Shown: positions 10,528 to 20,539, counted from the first letter of the stretch. The stretch: DNA of 44,868 nucleotides from an uncultured Mycoplasmatota bacterium (GCA_946613765.1 CAMOFW010000001.1:1-44868), one strand, 5' to 3'. Numbers and translations: made by a program. Notes: a model not told the origin generated them from the sequence alone.

Positions 10528-10830
10528 CTAGTTCTTTTTTGAAGCAGCTTTTTTAGCAGTAGCTTTCTTTTCTACTTTTGCTTCTTTAACTTCTTTTTTT
10601 GCTTCTTTAGCGTCAATTTTCTTAACGTTTGAAACATGAATTGGTGCTTCACTTTCGAAGATTCCACCAGCTTGATTCATTTGATTTGGCTTAGTGTTTC
10701 TCTTATGAATATTTACACCTTCAACGATAACTTTGTTTTCTTTCTTTAAAGTCTTTAAAACTTTACCTACACTATCTTTATATTGACCAGCGATTACTTT
10801 AACTTGATCTCCAACTTTAATCTTCATCAT
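10528..10830 (-). CDS. rplX: 50S ribosomal protein L24 (Lys/Ala-rich C-terminal tail)
   Basis: The KOW motif GDQVKVIAGQYKD is present. The 100-aa product has a basic KEAKKEVKEAKVEKKATAKKAASKK tail. Confidence 0.97.
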   Translation of the reverse strand: MMKIKVGDQVKVIAGQYKDSVGKVLKTLKKENKVIVEGVNIHKRNTKPNQMNQAGGIFESEAPIHVSNVKKIDAKEAKKEVKEAKVEKKATAKKAASKKN

Positions 10831-10837
10831 ATACCTC

Positions 10838-11206
10838 CTATAATACTTCAGGTGCTAATGAGATGATCTTAGTGAAGTCTTTATCTCTAAGTTCTCTAGC
10901 AACTGGTCCTAAAACTCTAGTTCCAAGTGGAGTTTTATCGTCCTTAATTAATACACATGCATTATCGTCAAATTTAATATAAGAGCCATCTTTTCTTCTA
11001 ACGCCTTGTTTAGTTCTAACAATAACTGCTTTGCAAACTTTTCCTTCAGCAACATTACCATTAGGAATAGCTTTTTTAACTGTAACAGTTACGATATCAC
11101 CAATATTTCCATATTTAACTTTTGAGCCACCCATAACTCTAATTACTAGAACTTCTCTAGCTCCAGAGTTATCTGCAACTTTAAGTCTACTTTCTTGCAT
11201 TACCAT
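10838..11206 (-). CDS. rplN: 50S ribosomal protein L14
   Basis: The product contains [14 protein letters not shown]. An AGGAGG RBS lies 7 nt upstream of the ATG at 11206. Confidence 0.98.
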   Translation of the reverse strand: MVMQESRLKVADNSGAREVLVIRVMGGSKVKYGNIGDIVTVTVKKAIPNGNVAEGKVCKAVIVRTKQGVRRKDGSYIKFDDNACVLIKDDKTPLGTRVLGPVARELRDKDFTKIISLAPEVL

Positions 11207-11217
11207 AAGATTACCTC

Positions 11218-11487
11218 CTATAGAATTACAGCTTTTTCAACTACTTCAACTAAAACATATTTCTTAGTTTTAGAAATAGGTTTAGAAGCAGCGATTCTAA
11301 CTGTATCCCCTTCTTTAGCTACATTCTTTTCATCATGAGCTACATATTTTTTAGAGTATTTAACTCTTTTACCATAAAGTGGGTGATTTTTATATGTTTC
11401 TACTAAAACAGTAATAGTTTTGTCGTTTTTAGCAGATACAACTCTACCTACTAATTCTTGAGTTCTAACTTCTTTAGTATTAGCCAT
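11218..11487 (-). CDS. rpsQ: 30S ribosomal protein S17
   Basis: The 89-aa product contains [17 protein letters not shown] and HPLYGKRVK. Confidence 0.98.
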   Translation of the reverse strand: MANTKEVRTQELVGRVVSAKNDKTITVLVETYKNHPLYGKRVKYSKKYVAHDEKNVAKEGDTVRIAASKPISKTKKYVLVEVVEKAVIL

Positions 11488-11696
11488 TATTTATTCTCCT
11501 CACTTTCATTGATTTCTCTTTCTTTAAGAATTGTTAATGCTCTAGCAATTCCTTTTCTTAATTCGTTAATTTTTGAAGGTTTTTCTAAAGTACCAGTAGA
11601 TTTTTTAATTCTTAAATCTAATAATTCTTTTTTAGCTTCAGTAATTTTAGTTGTTAATTCTTCGTTACTTAATTTTCTTAAATCAGCAATTTTCAT
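11487..11696 (-). CDS. rpmC: 50S ribosomal protein L29
   Basis: The 69-aa product contains LRKLSNEEL and ELLDLR. Confidence 0.97.
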   Translation of the reverse strand: MKIADLRKLSNEELTTKITEAKKELLDLRIKKSTGTLEKPSKINELRKGIARALTILKEREINESEENK

Positions 11697-12110
11697 CTAC
11701 TTTTCCTCCTTCTTAACAAATTTACATTTAATTGGTAATTTATGAGATGCTAATCTTAAAGCTTCTCTTGCTTGTTCTTCAGTTACATCTCCAAGTTCAA
11801 ACATAATCTTACCTTTTTTAACAACAGCTACCCATTGTTCTACAGCACCTTTACCTTTACCTTGACGAGTTTCAAGAGGTTTTTTAGTTAGTGCTAAGTG
11901 TGGGAAAATGTTAATCCATAATTTTCCACCACGTTTTAATTGTCTTGAAATAGCTACACGAGCTGCTTCAATTTGGCGAGCAGTAATCCATGCTCCTTCT
12001 TTAGCTTGAAGTCCATAAACTCCAAAGTGAAGTTCTGTATTACCTTTTGCATGACCATCATATGTTAATCTATGTGGTTTTCTATATTTAGTTCTTTTTG
12101 GCATTAACAT
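11697..12110 (-). CDS. rplP: 50S ribosomal protein L16
   Basis: The product starts [12 protein letters not shown] prefer the ATG at 12110, which lies 9 nt after a GGGAG RBS. The ORF-track ATG at 12119 abuts the RBS. The gene overlaps the rpsC 3' end. Confidence 0.95.
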   Translation of the reverse strand: MLMPKRTKYRKPHRLTYDGHAKGNTELHFGVYGLQAKEGAWITARQIEAARVAISRQLKRGGKLWINIFPHLALTKKPLETRQGKGKGAVEQWVAVVKKGKIMFELGDVTEEQAREALRLASHKLPIKCKFVKKEEK

Positions 12111-12771
12111 TTTGGTCATCTCCCTTCTTTACTTGTTTATTAGAAAGAATTTCGCCTTTATAAATCCATACTTTAACTCCGATGATTCCGTATGTAGTTA
12201 ATGCTTCAGCAGTACCATAATCAATGTCTGCTCTAACTGTATGAAGTGGAACAGTACCTTCAGTGTAATGTTCACCTCTAGCCATTTCAGCACCACCAAC
12301 ACGTCCTGAAACTAATGTTTTAACACCTTTAGCTCCAGCTTTCATTGCATTTCTTATAGCTCTCTTTTGTACAGTTCTATAATTTCCTCTTGCTTCGATT
12401 TGTAAAGCAATTGAGTTTGCAACGATTTGTGCGTTAAGGTCTGGGTTCTTAACTTCAACGATTGATACATAAATATCTTCGTTTACTAATTTCTTTAATT
12501 CATTTCTTAATTTTTCGATATCTTCTCCACCTTTACCGATTACGATACCAGGTTTAGAAGTATTGATAGTAACATTACATTTACCATCTTTATTTCTTTC
12601 AATAATAATTGAGGCTAAAGAAGCTTCTCTTAACTTCTTATTTAAATATTTTCTAATTTTAATATCATGGTCTAAATATTTAGCAAAATCTTTGTTTCCT
12701 GCCATCCATCTAGAATCCCAATCTTTATTAACACCGATTCTAAAACCGATTGGATTAATCTTTTGTCCCAT
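12088..12771 (-). CDS. rpsC: 30S ribosomal protein S3
   Basis: The 227-aa product starts [13 protein letters not shown] and has a KH domain. Confidence 0.98.
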   Translation of the reverse strand: MGQKINPIGFRIGVNKDWDSRWMAGNKDFAKYLDHDIKIRKYLNKKLREASLASIIIERNKDGKCNVTINTSKPGIVIGKGGEDIEKLRNELKKLVNEDIYVSIVEVKNPDLNAQIVANSIALQIEARGNYRTVQKRAIRNAMKAGAKGVKTLVSGRVGGAEMARGEHYTEGTVPLHTVRADIDYGTAEALTTYGIIGVKVWIYKGEILSNKQVKKGDDQNVNAKKN

Positions 12772-13118
12772 TATTTAGCCTCCTTTTTTCCATCGCTAAC
12801 TTTAACAACGATGTGACTTGTTCTATGATCTGATCTGTCAATTCTTGATCTACTTCCAAATCTAATTTTCTTTCTAACTGGACCTGGATTGATAAAGCAT
12901 TCAGAGATAACTAAATCAGATTCTTTAGCTTTATTATTATTAACAGCATTAGCAGCAGCTGAATTTAAAACTTTTAAAATCATTCTACTAGCTTTAGTAT
13001 TTGTATTAATTAAAATACCTCTAGCTGCTTCAACAGATTTTCCTCTAACTAAATCTAAAGTTAATCTAGCTTGACGAGGTTTTAAATCTGCATTTTTATG
13101 AATTGCATATGTTTCCAT
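12771..13118 (-). CDS. rplV: 50S ribosomal protein L22
   Basis: The 115-aa product contains RQARLTLDLVRGKSVEAA. Confidence 0.97.
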   Translation of the reverse strand: METYAIHKNADLKPRQARLTLDLVRGKSVEAARGILINTNTKASRMILKVLNSAAANAVNNNKAKESDLVISECFINPGPVRKKIRFGSRSRIDRSDHRTSHIVVKVSDGKKEAK

Positions 13119-13130
13119 TTAGTTTACCTC

Positions 13131-13409
13131 CTACTTCTTACCTTGTTTATCTGCTCCACCGTGTCCATTGAACTTACGAGTTAGAGCGAATTCTCCTAAT
13201 TTATGTCCAACCATATCTTCTGTAACATAAACTGGAATAAATTCTTTACCGTTATGAACAGCAATAGTATGTCCAACGAAATCAGGGAAAATTGTTGATC
13301 TACGAGACCAAGTTTTTACAACTTCTTTTTTATTATTCTTATTTAATTCTTGAACTTTCTTTAAAAGTCTATCGAATACATAAGGACCTTTTTTTAAACT
13401 TCTAGCCAT
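13131..13409 (-). CDS. rpsS: 30S ribosomal protein S19
   Basis: The 92-aa product starts [11 protein letters not shown] and contains [13 protein letters not shown]. Confidence 0.98.
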   Translation of the reverse strand: MARSLKKGPYVFDRLLKKVQELNKNNKKEVVKTWSRRSTIFPDFVGHTIAVHNGKEFIPVYVTEDMVGHKLGEFALTRKFNGHGGADKQGKK

Positions 13410-13422
13410 AATCTATTGCCTC

Positions 13423-14250
13423 CTACTTTCTTCTACTAACAATAAGCTTGTTAGATGCTTTCTTAGATTTTCTAGTCTTAAGACCAAGTGCTGGTTTACC
13501 CCAAGGTGTCATTGGTGCTTTTCTACCGATAGGTGCTCTACCTTCACCACCACCATGTGGGTGATCATTAGGGTTCATTACAGAACCACGGTTAGTTGGT
13601 TTAATACCCATATGTCTTGTTCTACCAGCTTTACCTAAGTTAACAAGTTCATAATCTTCATTTCCAACTTCACCAATAGTAGCCATACAAACTCCAAGAA
13701 TCTTTCTAGTTTCTCCAGATTGTAATCTTACCATTACGTATTTGTCTTCACGTCCTAAAATTTGAACGCTAGTTCCTGCAGATCTTGCAATTGCAGCACC
13801 TTTACCAGGAACAAGTTCAACACAGTGAACTACTGTACCAACAGGGATATTTTGTAAAGGTAATGCATTACCAACCTTAATATCAGCCTTTGGACCATTT
13901 TCAATTATAGCTCCAACTTCTAAATTTTTAGGAGCGATAATATATCTCTTTTCACCATCTTTATAAGAAATAAGAGCGATATTTGCATTTCTGTTTGGAT
14001 CGTATTCAATTGAAACAACCTTACCAGTTATACCAGTTTTATTTCTTCTAAAGTCGATAACTCTATATTTTTGTTTAGCGCCACCACCAATGTGTCTAAC
14101 TGTTAATTTACCAGAGTTATTTCTACCACCAGTTTTAGTTTTCTTAACTAATAGTGATTTTTCTGGAGCTTTTTTAGTTAGAGTTTCATTAGCTAGTGTA
14201 CTCATACCTCTACGTCCATTAGTAGTAGGTTTAAATTTCTTAACTGCCAT
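13423..14250 (-). CDS. rplB: 50S ribosomal protein L2
   Basis: The 275-aa product contains [14 protein letters not shown]. Confidence 0.98.
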   Translation of the reverse strand: MAVKKFKPTTNGRRGMSTLANETLTKKAPEKSLLVKKTKTGGRNNSGKLTVRHIGGGAKQKYRVIDFRRNKTGITGKVVSIEYDPNRNANIALISYKDGEKRYIIAPKNLEVGAIIENGPKADIKVGNALPLQNIPVGTVVHCVELVPGKGAAIARSAGTSVQILGREDKYVMVRLQSGETRKILGVCMATIGEVGNEDYELVNLGKAGRTRHMGIKPTNRGSVMNPNDHPHGGGEGRAPIGRKAPMTPWGKPALGLKTRKSKKASNKLIVSRRK

Positions 14251-14269
14251 AATTATTCACTCTTCCTTC

Positions 14270-14545
14270 CTATAGATTAATTTGTTGTCCGTCTTTTAAT
14301 GTAACAACGGCTTTCTTATAAGTTTTAGTTGTACCAGTATATCTTCCAACTCTTTTACTTTTTGCTTTAGTGTTTAATGTATTTACAGATGCAACTTTAA
14401 CACCAAAAGTCTTTTCAACTGCATCTTTAATTTGAATTTTGTTAGCACTTTTAGCTACTTTGAAAGTATAAATACCTTTTTCTGCATTAGCAGCACTTTT
14501 TTCAGTAACAACTACTTCTTCAATAACGTCTGTATAATTTTTCAT
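14270..14545 (-). CDS. rplW: 50S ribosomal protein L23
   Basis: The 91-aa product lies between rplD and rplB and contains TEKS...YTFKV. Confidence 0.96.
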   Translation of the reverse strand: MKNYTDVIEEVVVTEKSAANAEKGIYTFKVAKSANKIQIKDAVEKTFGVKVASVNTLNTKAKSKRVGRYTGTTKTYKKAVVTLKDGQQINL

Positions 14546-15174
14546 TATTTAAGTGCCTCCTCTACTTCATTAATAGCAGCTTCTTCAAATACAACTGTAT
14601 TTGCATTGATTAAATCATAACAATTTAATTCATCTGACATAAGAACATAAGCATAACCTAAGTTTCTAGTAGCCATGTATAAATTTTCAACATCACTTGT
14701 AGTTGAAGCTACAAATAATATTTTTCCATTTAATTTCATGCTTTCTACCATTGCTTTAATGTCTTTAGTCTTAATTGATTTAATTGTTAATGAATCAACT
14801 ACTACTATTTCTTTATCATTTGCTTTATGAGTTAAAGCTGATTTAAGAGCTAAAACTCTTTCTTTCTTATTAATTTTGAAAGCGTAATTTCTTGGTTGTA
14901 CTCCACCAGCGATTCCGCCACCAACCCATTGAGTTGCTCTAGTAGAACCTTGACGAGCACGTCCTGTTCCTTTTTGTCTCCAAGGTTTTCTTCCACCACC
15001 AGATACTTCTGATCTAGTTTTAGTTTTAGCTGTACCTTGTCTAGATGCTTTTAATTGTAAATCGATAGCTTTCTTTAAAACTACGTCATTTACTTCTACA
15101 CCAAATACTTCTTTATTTAATGTAATATCTTTAGTTACTTCATTTTTTAAATTTTTAACTTCTACTTTTGCCAT
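14545..15174 (-). CDS. rplD: 50S ribosomal protein L4
   Basis: The 209-aa product contains [19 protein letters not shown]. Confidence 0.98.
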   Translation of the reverse strand: MAKVEVKNLKNEVTKDITLNKEVFGVEVNDVVLKKAIDLQLKASRQGTAKTKTRSEVSGGGRKPWRQKGTGRARQGSTRATQWVGGGIAGGVQPRNYAFKINKKERVLALKSALTHKANDKEIVVVDSLTIKSIKTKDIKAMVESMKLNGKILFVASTTSDVENLYMATRNLGYAYVLMSDELNCYDLINANTVVFEEAAINEVEEALK

Positions 15175-15197
15175 AATAAGTCACCTTTAATCAAGAA

Positions 15198-15968
15198 TTA
15201 TTCTTGAGTTCCTTCCTCAGCTTTAGTTTCAGTTTCAACTGTTTCTTCTACTGGAGCTTCAGTTGTTTCAACAACTTCATCAACTACAGTTTCTTCAACT
15301 GGAGTTTCTTCTTCGTAAGAAACTAATTCAATGTTTTCTTTCTTTCTTGAATTCTTAACAGCTGATTTAATTAAAACTAAAGATTGTTTAGCACCTGGAA
15401 CATTTCCACTTACTAAAATGTAATTGTCTGTTAGGTTAACGTCAACAATTTCTAAATTTTGGATAGTAACTGTTGCATCTCCCATATGTCCTGGTAATTT
15501 CTTACCTGGAATAACTCTCATTGGTCTCATTGTACCTAAAGAACCAACTCTTCTGTGGTATCTTGAACCGTGAGTATCTGGACCTGAATGTTGTCCATAT
15601 CTTTTAATAACACCTTGTGTTCCTTTACCTTTTGAAGTACCAGTAACATCTACTACTTCTCCAACTTCAAAGATATCTGCTTTGATAGTATCACCTAAGC
15701 TATATGTTCCTTCAAAGTTTCTAATTTCTTTTAAGAAGCGCTTAGGGTTTGTATTAGCTTTCTTAGCATGACCAATACTTGCTTTAGTGGCATTTTTTTC
15801 TTTTTTGTCACAAACGCCTAATTGAATAGCATTGTAACCATCAGTTTCAACAGTCTTAACTTGAGTAACTGTATTAGGTTCAACTTCAATTACTGTGACA
15901 GGAATAACTTTACCGTCTTTAGTGAAAACTTCAGTCATTCCAACTTTTCTTCCTAAGATTCCTTTCAT
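15198..15968 (-). CDS. rplC: 50S ribosomal protein L3 with acidic C-terminal extension
   Basis: The product starts [12 protein letters not shown] and contains the [17 protein letters not shown] motif. It is 256 aa, with about 44 extra acidic residues at the C-terminus. Confidence 0.97.
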   Translation of the reverse strand: MKGILGRKVGMTEVFTKDGKVIPVTVIEVEPNTVTQVKTVETDGYNAIQLGVCDKKEKNATKASIGHAKKANTNPKRFLKEIRNFEGTYSLGDTIKADIFEVGEVVDVTGTSKGKGTQGVIKRYGQHSGPDTHGSRYHRRVGSLGTMRPMRVIPGKKLPGHMGDATVTIQNLEIVDVNLTDNYILVSGNVPGAKQSLVLIKSAVKNSRKKENIELVSYEEETPVEETVVDEVVETTEAPVEETVETETKAEEGTQE

Positions 15969-15998
15969 AATAATTTTTCCTTTCCTTATTTAATATAA

Positions 15999-16304
15999 TT
16001 ACTTAATATTGATACTTACACCACTAGGAATATCAACATGTGATAAAGCCTCAATAGTTTCTTTACTAGGGTTTTTAATATCGATTAATCTCTTATGAGT
16101 TCTGCTTTCGAATTGTTCTCTGGCATCTTTGTATTTGTGTACAGCTCTAAGTACTGTAATCTTTTCGATTTCAGTAGGTAGAGGAATTGGACCAGAAATT
16201 TCTCCCCCAGTTCTTTTAACAGTTTCGCAAATCTTTGCTGCAGCTAAATCAACTAATCTGTGATCATAGCTCTTTAAGTTAATACGAACTTTGTTATTTG
16301 ACAT
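15999..16304 (-). CDS. rpsJ: 30S ribosomal protein S10
   Basis: The 101-aa product contains [14 protein letters not shown] and RTHKRLIDI. Confidence 0.98.
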   Translation of the reverse strand: MSNNKVRINLKSYDHRLVDLAAAKICETVKRTGGEISGPIPLPTEIEKITVLRAVHKYKDAREQFESRTHKRLIDIKNPSKETIEALSHVDIPSGVSINIK

Positions 16305-16450
16305 AATAATGTCCTCCTTTCGCCTATATCTAGTATAGACTTGCTCCGTAATGAATTACCTGACATTTCAACAAGTTTGTTTAAATTTTATTTAACAACC
16401 TCGCCTAGTGTGTCAGCAACCTCACACATCCTCGCAGTCATACGTATATA
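16305..16450 (-). promoter_or_regulatory. Structured, GC-enriched 5' leader of the S10 operon (candidate r-protein autoregulatory leader)
   Basis: A leader of about 140 nt lies between the predicted -10 box and rpsJ. It contains hairpins GTGTG-AGGTTGCTGA-CACAC and GTCTATA-CTAGA-TATAGGC, the latter directly 5' of the GAAAGGAGG RBS. CTGACA and TGTCAG offer alternative pairing. The region is visibly GC-richer than its flanks. Confidence 0.5.
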
Positions 16451-16480
16451 AGTTTATCATAAATATGTGCTAAAAATCAA
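16451..16480 (-). promoter_or_regulatory. Sigma-A type promoter of the S10-spc-alpha cluster
   Basis: The minus strand reads TTGATT, an 18-nt spacer, then TGaTAAACT (extended -10). Confidence 0.6.
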
Positions 16481-16502
16481 GTATAATTTTTATTTTTTCG
16501 AC

Positions 16503-16527
16503 AAAAAAAGAAACAGTTATCTGTTTC
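16503..16527 (-). terminator. Rho-independent terminator after the 16517..17236 gene
   Basis: The minus strand reads GAAACAG-ATAA-CTGTTTC followed by TTTTTTT. The stop codon lies in the loop. Confidence 0.75.
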
Positions 16528-17236
16528 CGAATTGTTTTTTGATTAGATTTTTATTTTTGTTAAATTTGTTTTTGTTTTGATTATTAAAGTATGCGCTTAT
16601 TTCTCTTCTAAATTTGAATATAAAGTCTGCCTTTCTAATTGGTTCTAATTTAGAATATTGTTCGAAAACTTTATCTCCAAATAAATGTAGTATTAAATCA
16701 TCAAAGTCATTATTCATCATATTAACACCAGGTATATAATTTGTTGGAATAAATGCGCAATAATAATTACTTCTTACAAAGAGATTAATAAATCTTTTCT
16801 TTTCTTCATATCTTACTTGATTAAAGCTATTGATAAATTCAATCACATATTTGTCATCTAATTTTTTGGTTTCAAATATTTGATTAGTTAAATCTAATAA
16901 ATGCATAGTATAACCATCGCAATTGTAGAAAAATGATTCTTTATAATCTTCATTCTTATAATAACTAGAACTATTTAAATAATCATCTATATATTCCCTG
17001 TTATTTTTTAATAACTTTGCTGTGTAATATGATTTTAAACTTAGACCTTTATTATTTAAATCATATAATTCTTTAATTCTTTTTAAATCGTATTCTAGCA
17101 TATTAGTTAAAGCCCTAATTAGATCATAATCTTTGTCTTTATCTAATGCTAGTAACATATTATTGTAGATACTTAGTTTGTAATCAAAATCAATTCCATA
17201 AAAATTATCGATTACCTTTTGTTCATTCTTAATCAT
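16517..17236 (-). CDS. Hypothetical protein (Asn/Tyr/Lys-rich, no recognisable domain)
   Basis: The 239-aa ORF has a GAGGG RBS upstream and lies 23 nt downstream of gpmI, with its own terminator. No TM segment or motif was recognised. Confidence 0.55.
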   Translation of the reverse strand: MIKNEQKVIDNFYGIDFDYKLSIYNNMLLALDKDKDYDLIRALTNMLEYDLKRIKELYDLNNKGLSLKSYYTAKLLKNNREYIDDYLNSSSYYKNEDYKESFFYNCDGYTMHLLDLTNQIFETKKLDDKYVIEFINSFNQVRYEEKKRFINLFVRSNYYCAFIPTNYIPGVNMMNNDFDDLILHLFGDKVFEQYSKLEPIRKADFIFKFRREISAYFNNQNKNKFNKNKNLIKKQFGNR

Positions 17237-17259
17237 TTATAAAACCCTCACTTTGTGTA

Positions 17260-18765
17260 TTAATTCTCTATAAGTATTTCACTATTTTCCATTTCTTTAG
17301 GTATTTTAATATCCATATATTTTAATAGTGTTGGTGCAATATTAGTTATTGCTCCATCTTTAAGTTTCAACTTTTTATCAGTCATGATAAATGGTACTGG
17401 ATTTATTGTATGAGTTGTACAGATAGTTCCGTTTTCATCATACATAATATCACTATTACCATGATCTGCCGTTAAGCATAATGTATAAAAGTTTTCATTT
17501 GCATATTCCATGATTGTTCCAAGACAACTATCTATTGCTTCTAGAGCTTTAATCGTTGCTTCATAATTACCTGTGTGTCCAACCATGTCTGAATTAGCAA
17601 AGTTAACTAGTATAAAATCATAGTTTTCATTTAAGCATTTGATAACTTGTCTTGTTACATCATGTGAAGACATTTCTGGTTTTAAATCATATGTTGCTAC
17701 TTTAGGTGATGGAATTAAGAATCTATCACAATTATTTAATATTAGTTCTCTTCCACCATCGAAGAAGTAAGTTACATGTGCGTATTTTTCTGTTTCAGCA
17801 ATTCTTGCTTGTGACAAGCCTAAAGATGCTAAATATTCACCCATTGGGTTTACTACATCTATATGATCTAATAAATGTTTAGAATTAATTGCTTCATCTA
17901 TTTTATATATTGTATAAGTTTTTAAATTAGGGTATTTTTTAGTTGGATATTCTGAGAATGTTGTATCTGTTAATACTCTTAAGATTTGTTTTGCTCTGTC
18001 TGGTCTATAGTTAAACCAAAGTAGAGCATCACCATCTTGAATCAATTTAGTATCATCAAGAATTAGTGGTGGAATAAATTCGTCTGTTATATTCTTTTTA
18101 TAGCATAAATCTATACCCATTCTTGCACTTGGTACTTTAACTGCTTTACCCTCTGTAATCATATCTGAATAGTACTTAGTTCTTGCCCATTTTTTATCTC
18201 TATCCATGGCATAGTATCTACCGCATACAGATACTACTTTACCCATTTTGTATTTTTCTAATTTTTCTTCTACTTGTGCTATATAAGAATATGCACTATG
18301 AACATCTGTATCTCTACCATCTGTTATTGCATGTACATATACATTATTAACATTATCTTTATGAAGATTATCTAGCATAGATAAAATGAAATTTAAGTGA
18401 GAGTGAATACCACCAGGAGATATTAAAGCCATTAAATGAAGTGGTTTATTATTTTCATGTACATATTTAACCATATCTAAATATGCTTCATTATCTTCTA
18501 GTTCTTTATTTTTAAACATTTCTTCTATTTGCATGAAGTTTTGTTTTACTAATCTACCTGCTCCGATTGACAAATGTCCTACTTCAGAGTTACCCATTTG
18601 ATTATCTTCTAAACCAACATATTTACCTGATGCTTGTAAAAGACAATGAGGATAATTATTTAAAAGATAGTTAAAGTTTGGCATATCTGCATTTAGTACT
18701 GCATTACCTTCTTTTTCTTTTCTCATACCAAAACCATCAAATATTATTAAGATTACCTTTTTCAT
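17260..18765 (-). CDS. gpmI: 2,3-bisphosphoglycerate-independent phosphoglycerate mutase
   Basis: The product starts MKKVILIIFDGFGMR and contains GNSEVGHLSIGAGR and ADHGN. I trimmed the start to the ATG at 18765, which follows a GGGAGGG RBS. The track's 22-aa N-terminal extension is spurious. Confidence 0.95.
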   Translation of the reverse strand: MKKVILIIFDGFGMRKEKEGNAVLNADMPNFNYLLNNYPHCLLQASGKYVGLEDNQMGNSEVGHLSIGAGRLVKQNFMQIEEMFKNKELEDNEAYLDMVKYVHENNKPLHLMALISPGGIHSHLNFILSMLDNLHKDNVNNVYVHAITDGRDTDVHSAYSYIAQVEEKLEKYKMGKVVSVCGRYYAMDRDKKWARTKYYSDMITEGKAVKVPSARMGIDLCYKKNITDEFIPPLILDDTKLIQDGDALLWFNYRPDRAKQILRVLTDTTFSEYPTKKYPNLKTYTIYKIDEAINSKHLLDHIDVVNPMGEYLASLGLSQARIAETEKYAHVTYFFDGGRELILNNCDRFLIPSPKVATYDLKPEMSSHDVTRQVIKCLNENYDFILVNFANSDMVGHTGNYEATIKALEAIDSCLGTIMEYANENFYTLCLTADHGNSDIMYDENGTICTTHTINPVPFIMTDKKLKLKDGAITNIAPTLLKYMDIKIPKEMENSEILIEN

Positions 18766-18807
18766 TATTACCCTCCCTATATTCATTATTATATAACAAA
18801 ATAATAC

Positions 18808-18830
18808 AAAAAAATAGCATAAACATGCCA
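18808..18830 (-). terminator. Weak terminator/attenuator after spo0A
   Basis: The minus strand reads UGGCAU-GUUU-AUGCUA (6 bp including one G-U pair) followed by UUUUUUU. The stem is short. Confidence 0.4.
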
Positions 18831-18831
18831 T

Positions 18832-19590
18832 TTAAATGTAATTTCTATTATTAATTTTTTCATCTAAATTAAGTTTATCCGCTATAGTTGCTAAAAATTC
18901 TGAATTAGTTGGTTTAGCTCTATCAAAGTCTACAGAGTGACCAAATATTTCATCCATTAGATCATAATCTCCTCTTGTCCAAGATACTTCAATGGCATGT
19001 CTTATTGCTCTTTCAACACGTGATGGTGTTGTTTCATATTTTTTAGCTATATCTGGATATAACATTTTAGTTATACCACCTATATAAGATTTATCATTAT
19101 ACATCATAATAATTGCATCCCTTATGTATTGGTATCCTTTTATATGTGATGGCATACCTAAATCATGTAATAGTTTAGATGTTTTCTTACTAATTGAATT
19201 ATCTGTAAATTCTAATTCAATGTAATTTAGTTTAGTAGCATCAATTATTCTTTGTTCTAATATATCTTTATTAGTATCCTTTAATAAATAAAATGATATA
19301 TCAAATTTATAAATAGATGATACTATATTGTGATTAAAATAATCACTATAAATTATTACTTTAGTTTTAATATTATTATTAGACATTAGTTTTAATAACT
19401 CTATGCCGTCTATTTTTGATATTATTGGGTCTAATAATAAAACATCATACTTATTAGTTTTTAATTCATTAATGGCCTCTAAACCATCCTTACAAGTGTT
19501 TTTAATACATATACTGCTATGGTTACTAAAATACTGCTTAACTTCTTTAATAGTAGATTCATTACTATCCACCATAAATACATTAATCAT
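18832..19590 (-). CDS. spo0A: Sporulation master response regulator Spo0A
   Basis: The C-terminal domain matches the Spo0A signature almost exactly: HIKGYQYIRDAI, LYPDIAKKY, TPSRVERAIRHAIEVSWTRG, AKPTNSEFLATIADKL. The N-terminal receiver has the phospho-acceptor context LLLDPIISKIDG. Confidence 0.96.
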   Translation of the reverse strand: MINVFMVDSNESTIKEVKQYFSNHSSICIKNTCKDGLEAINELKTNKYDVLLLDPIISKIDGIELLKLMSNNNIKTKVIIYSDYFNHNIVSSIYKFDISFYLLKDTNKDILEQRIIDATKLNYIELEFTDNSISKKTSKLLHDLGMPSHIKGYQYIRDAIIMMYNDKSYIGGITKMLYPDIAKKYETTPSRVERAIRHAIEVSWTRGDYDLMDEIFGHSVDFDRAKPTNSEFLATIADKLNLDEKINNRNYI

Positions 19591-19685
19591 TTCTCTTCTT
19601 TCTCCTCGTATATTATATTTTTTAAAGCATGATTTAATTATATTATTAATTAAGACAAATTACTAGGAAATGTTTTGGAAGGTAC

Positions 19686-19692
19686 TGTCGAA
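19686..19692. promoter_or_regulatory. Perfect Spo0A-box (TGTCGAA) upstream of spo0A
   Basis: A 7/7 match to the B. subtilis 0A-box consensus TGTCGAA lies on the plus strand, about 96-102 nt upstream of the spo0A start. Confidence 0.45.
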
Positions 19693-19702
19693 TAATGTAA
19701 AT

Positions 19703-19740
19703 AAAAATAAAAAAATGAAGTAATTAAAATCTTACTTCAT
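19703..19740 (-). terminator. Rho-independent terminator after lgt
   Basis: ATGAAGTAA pairs with TTACTTCAT in a 9-bp stem (19715-19723 with 19732-19740). A T-run follows on the minus strand. The stop codon lies in the loop. Confidence 0.7.
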
Positions 19741-20539
19741 CAAATGTTGTTTCTTGATAATTATCGTCAAATGCACTCTTTCTTGAGTTTATCATTATAA
19801 TAACTAAACCAATTATAAATAATAGTACTGATGCGATTTGAGCTGCTTTAAGTCCAAATAGCATTAATGAATCTGTTCTAGATCCTTCGATGAAAAATCT
19901 ACCAAAACTATACCACATTAAGTAGAATGCTGTTAAAGTACCTAATTTAGTTTTCTTTCTATTTCTTATTATTAGCGCAATTACAAATCCTAACAAACAC
20001 CATATAGATTCATAGTAGAATGTTGGTACATAATATATACCATTTATATTCATACCATTAATAACAAATTCAGGTATTATTTTAGATTCTTTTAGTTCTG
20101 CTAGAGTAGTTGCTGCTCCATGAGCTTCAGAGTTAAAGAAGTTACCCCATCTACCTATTGCTTGAGCAATTAATAAACTTGGTACTGCTATATCAGTTAT
20201 TTTTAATAATCTAACTTTATATTTTTTACAATATAAATACATAGTTATTAAACCTGCAAATATACCACCATGAATTGCTAGTCCACCTTCCCAGAACTTA
20301 AATATAGAAGTTAAGTCATGTGAATATAATTGCCAGTTAAATACTACATAATATAATCTAGCACCAATAAGTCCAAATATAACTGTCCAAAAAGTTAAAT
20401 TAAACATAAAGTCTTTTGGAGCTTTATATTTTTTACCTTCAAACGCTGCTAATTCATAAGCTAGAAGAACTCCTATTAGTATAAGAACTGAATACCATCT
20501 AATTTCAAATTTACCAAATGTAAACATTACTGGATTCAT
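19724..20539 (-). CDS. lgt: Prolipoprotein diacylglyceryl transferase
   Basis: The product contains FEIRWYSVLILIGV, GGLAIHGG and GRWGNFFNSEAHG. I trimmed the start to the ATG at 20539, which follows a GAAGGTGA RBS. Confidence 0.95.
   Translation of the reverse strand: MNPVMFTFGKFEIRWYSVLILIGVLLAYELAAFEGKKYKAPKDFMFNLTFWTVIFGLIGARLYYVVFNWQLYSHDLTSIFKFWEGGLAIHGGIFAGLITMYLYCKKYKVRLLKITDIAVPSLLIAQAIGRWGNFFNSEAHGAATTLAELKESKIIPEFVINGMNINGIYYVPTFYYESIWCLLGFVIALIIRNRKKTKLGTLTAFYLMWYSFGRFFIEGSRTDSLMLFGLKAAQIASVLLFIIGLVIIMINSRKSAFDDNYQETTFDEVRF

Noticed and set aside
18766-18831. N-terminal extensions in the ORF track for gpmI (22 aa), lgt (26 aa, 20540..20617), the 40664 gene (29 aa, 40949..41035), DUF951 (13 aa) and the GTG-started versions of uvrA, parA and the radical-SAM gene
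   Set aside because: In each case a downstream ATG sits 5-9 nt after a clear Shine-Dalgarno sequence and matches the conserved protein N-terminus. The upstream start overlaps the RBS or intergenic signals.
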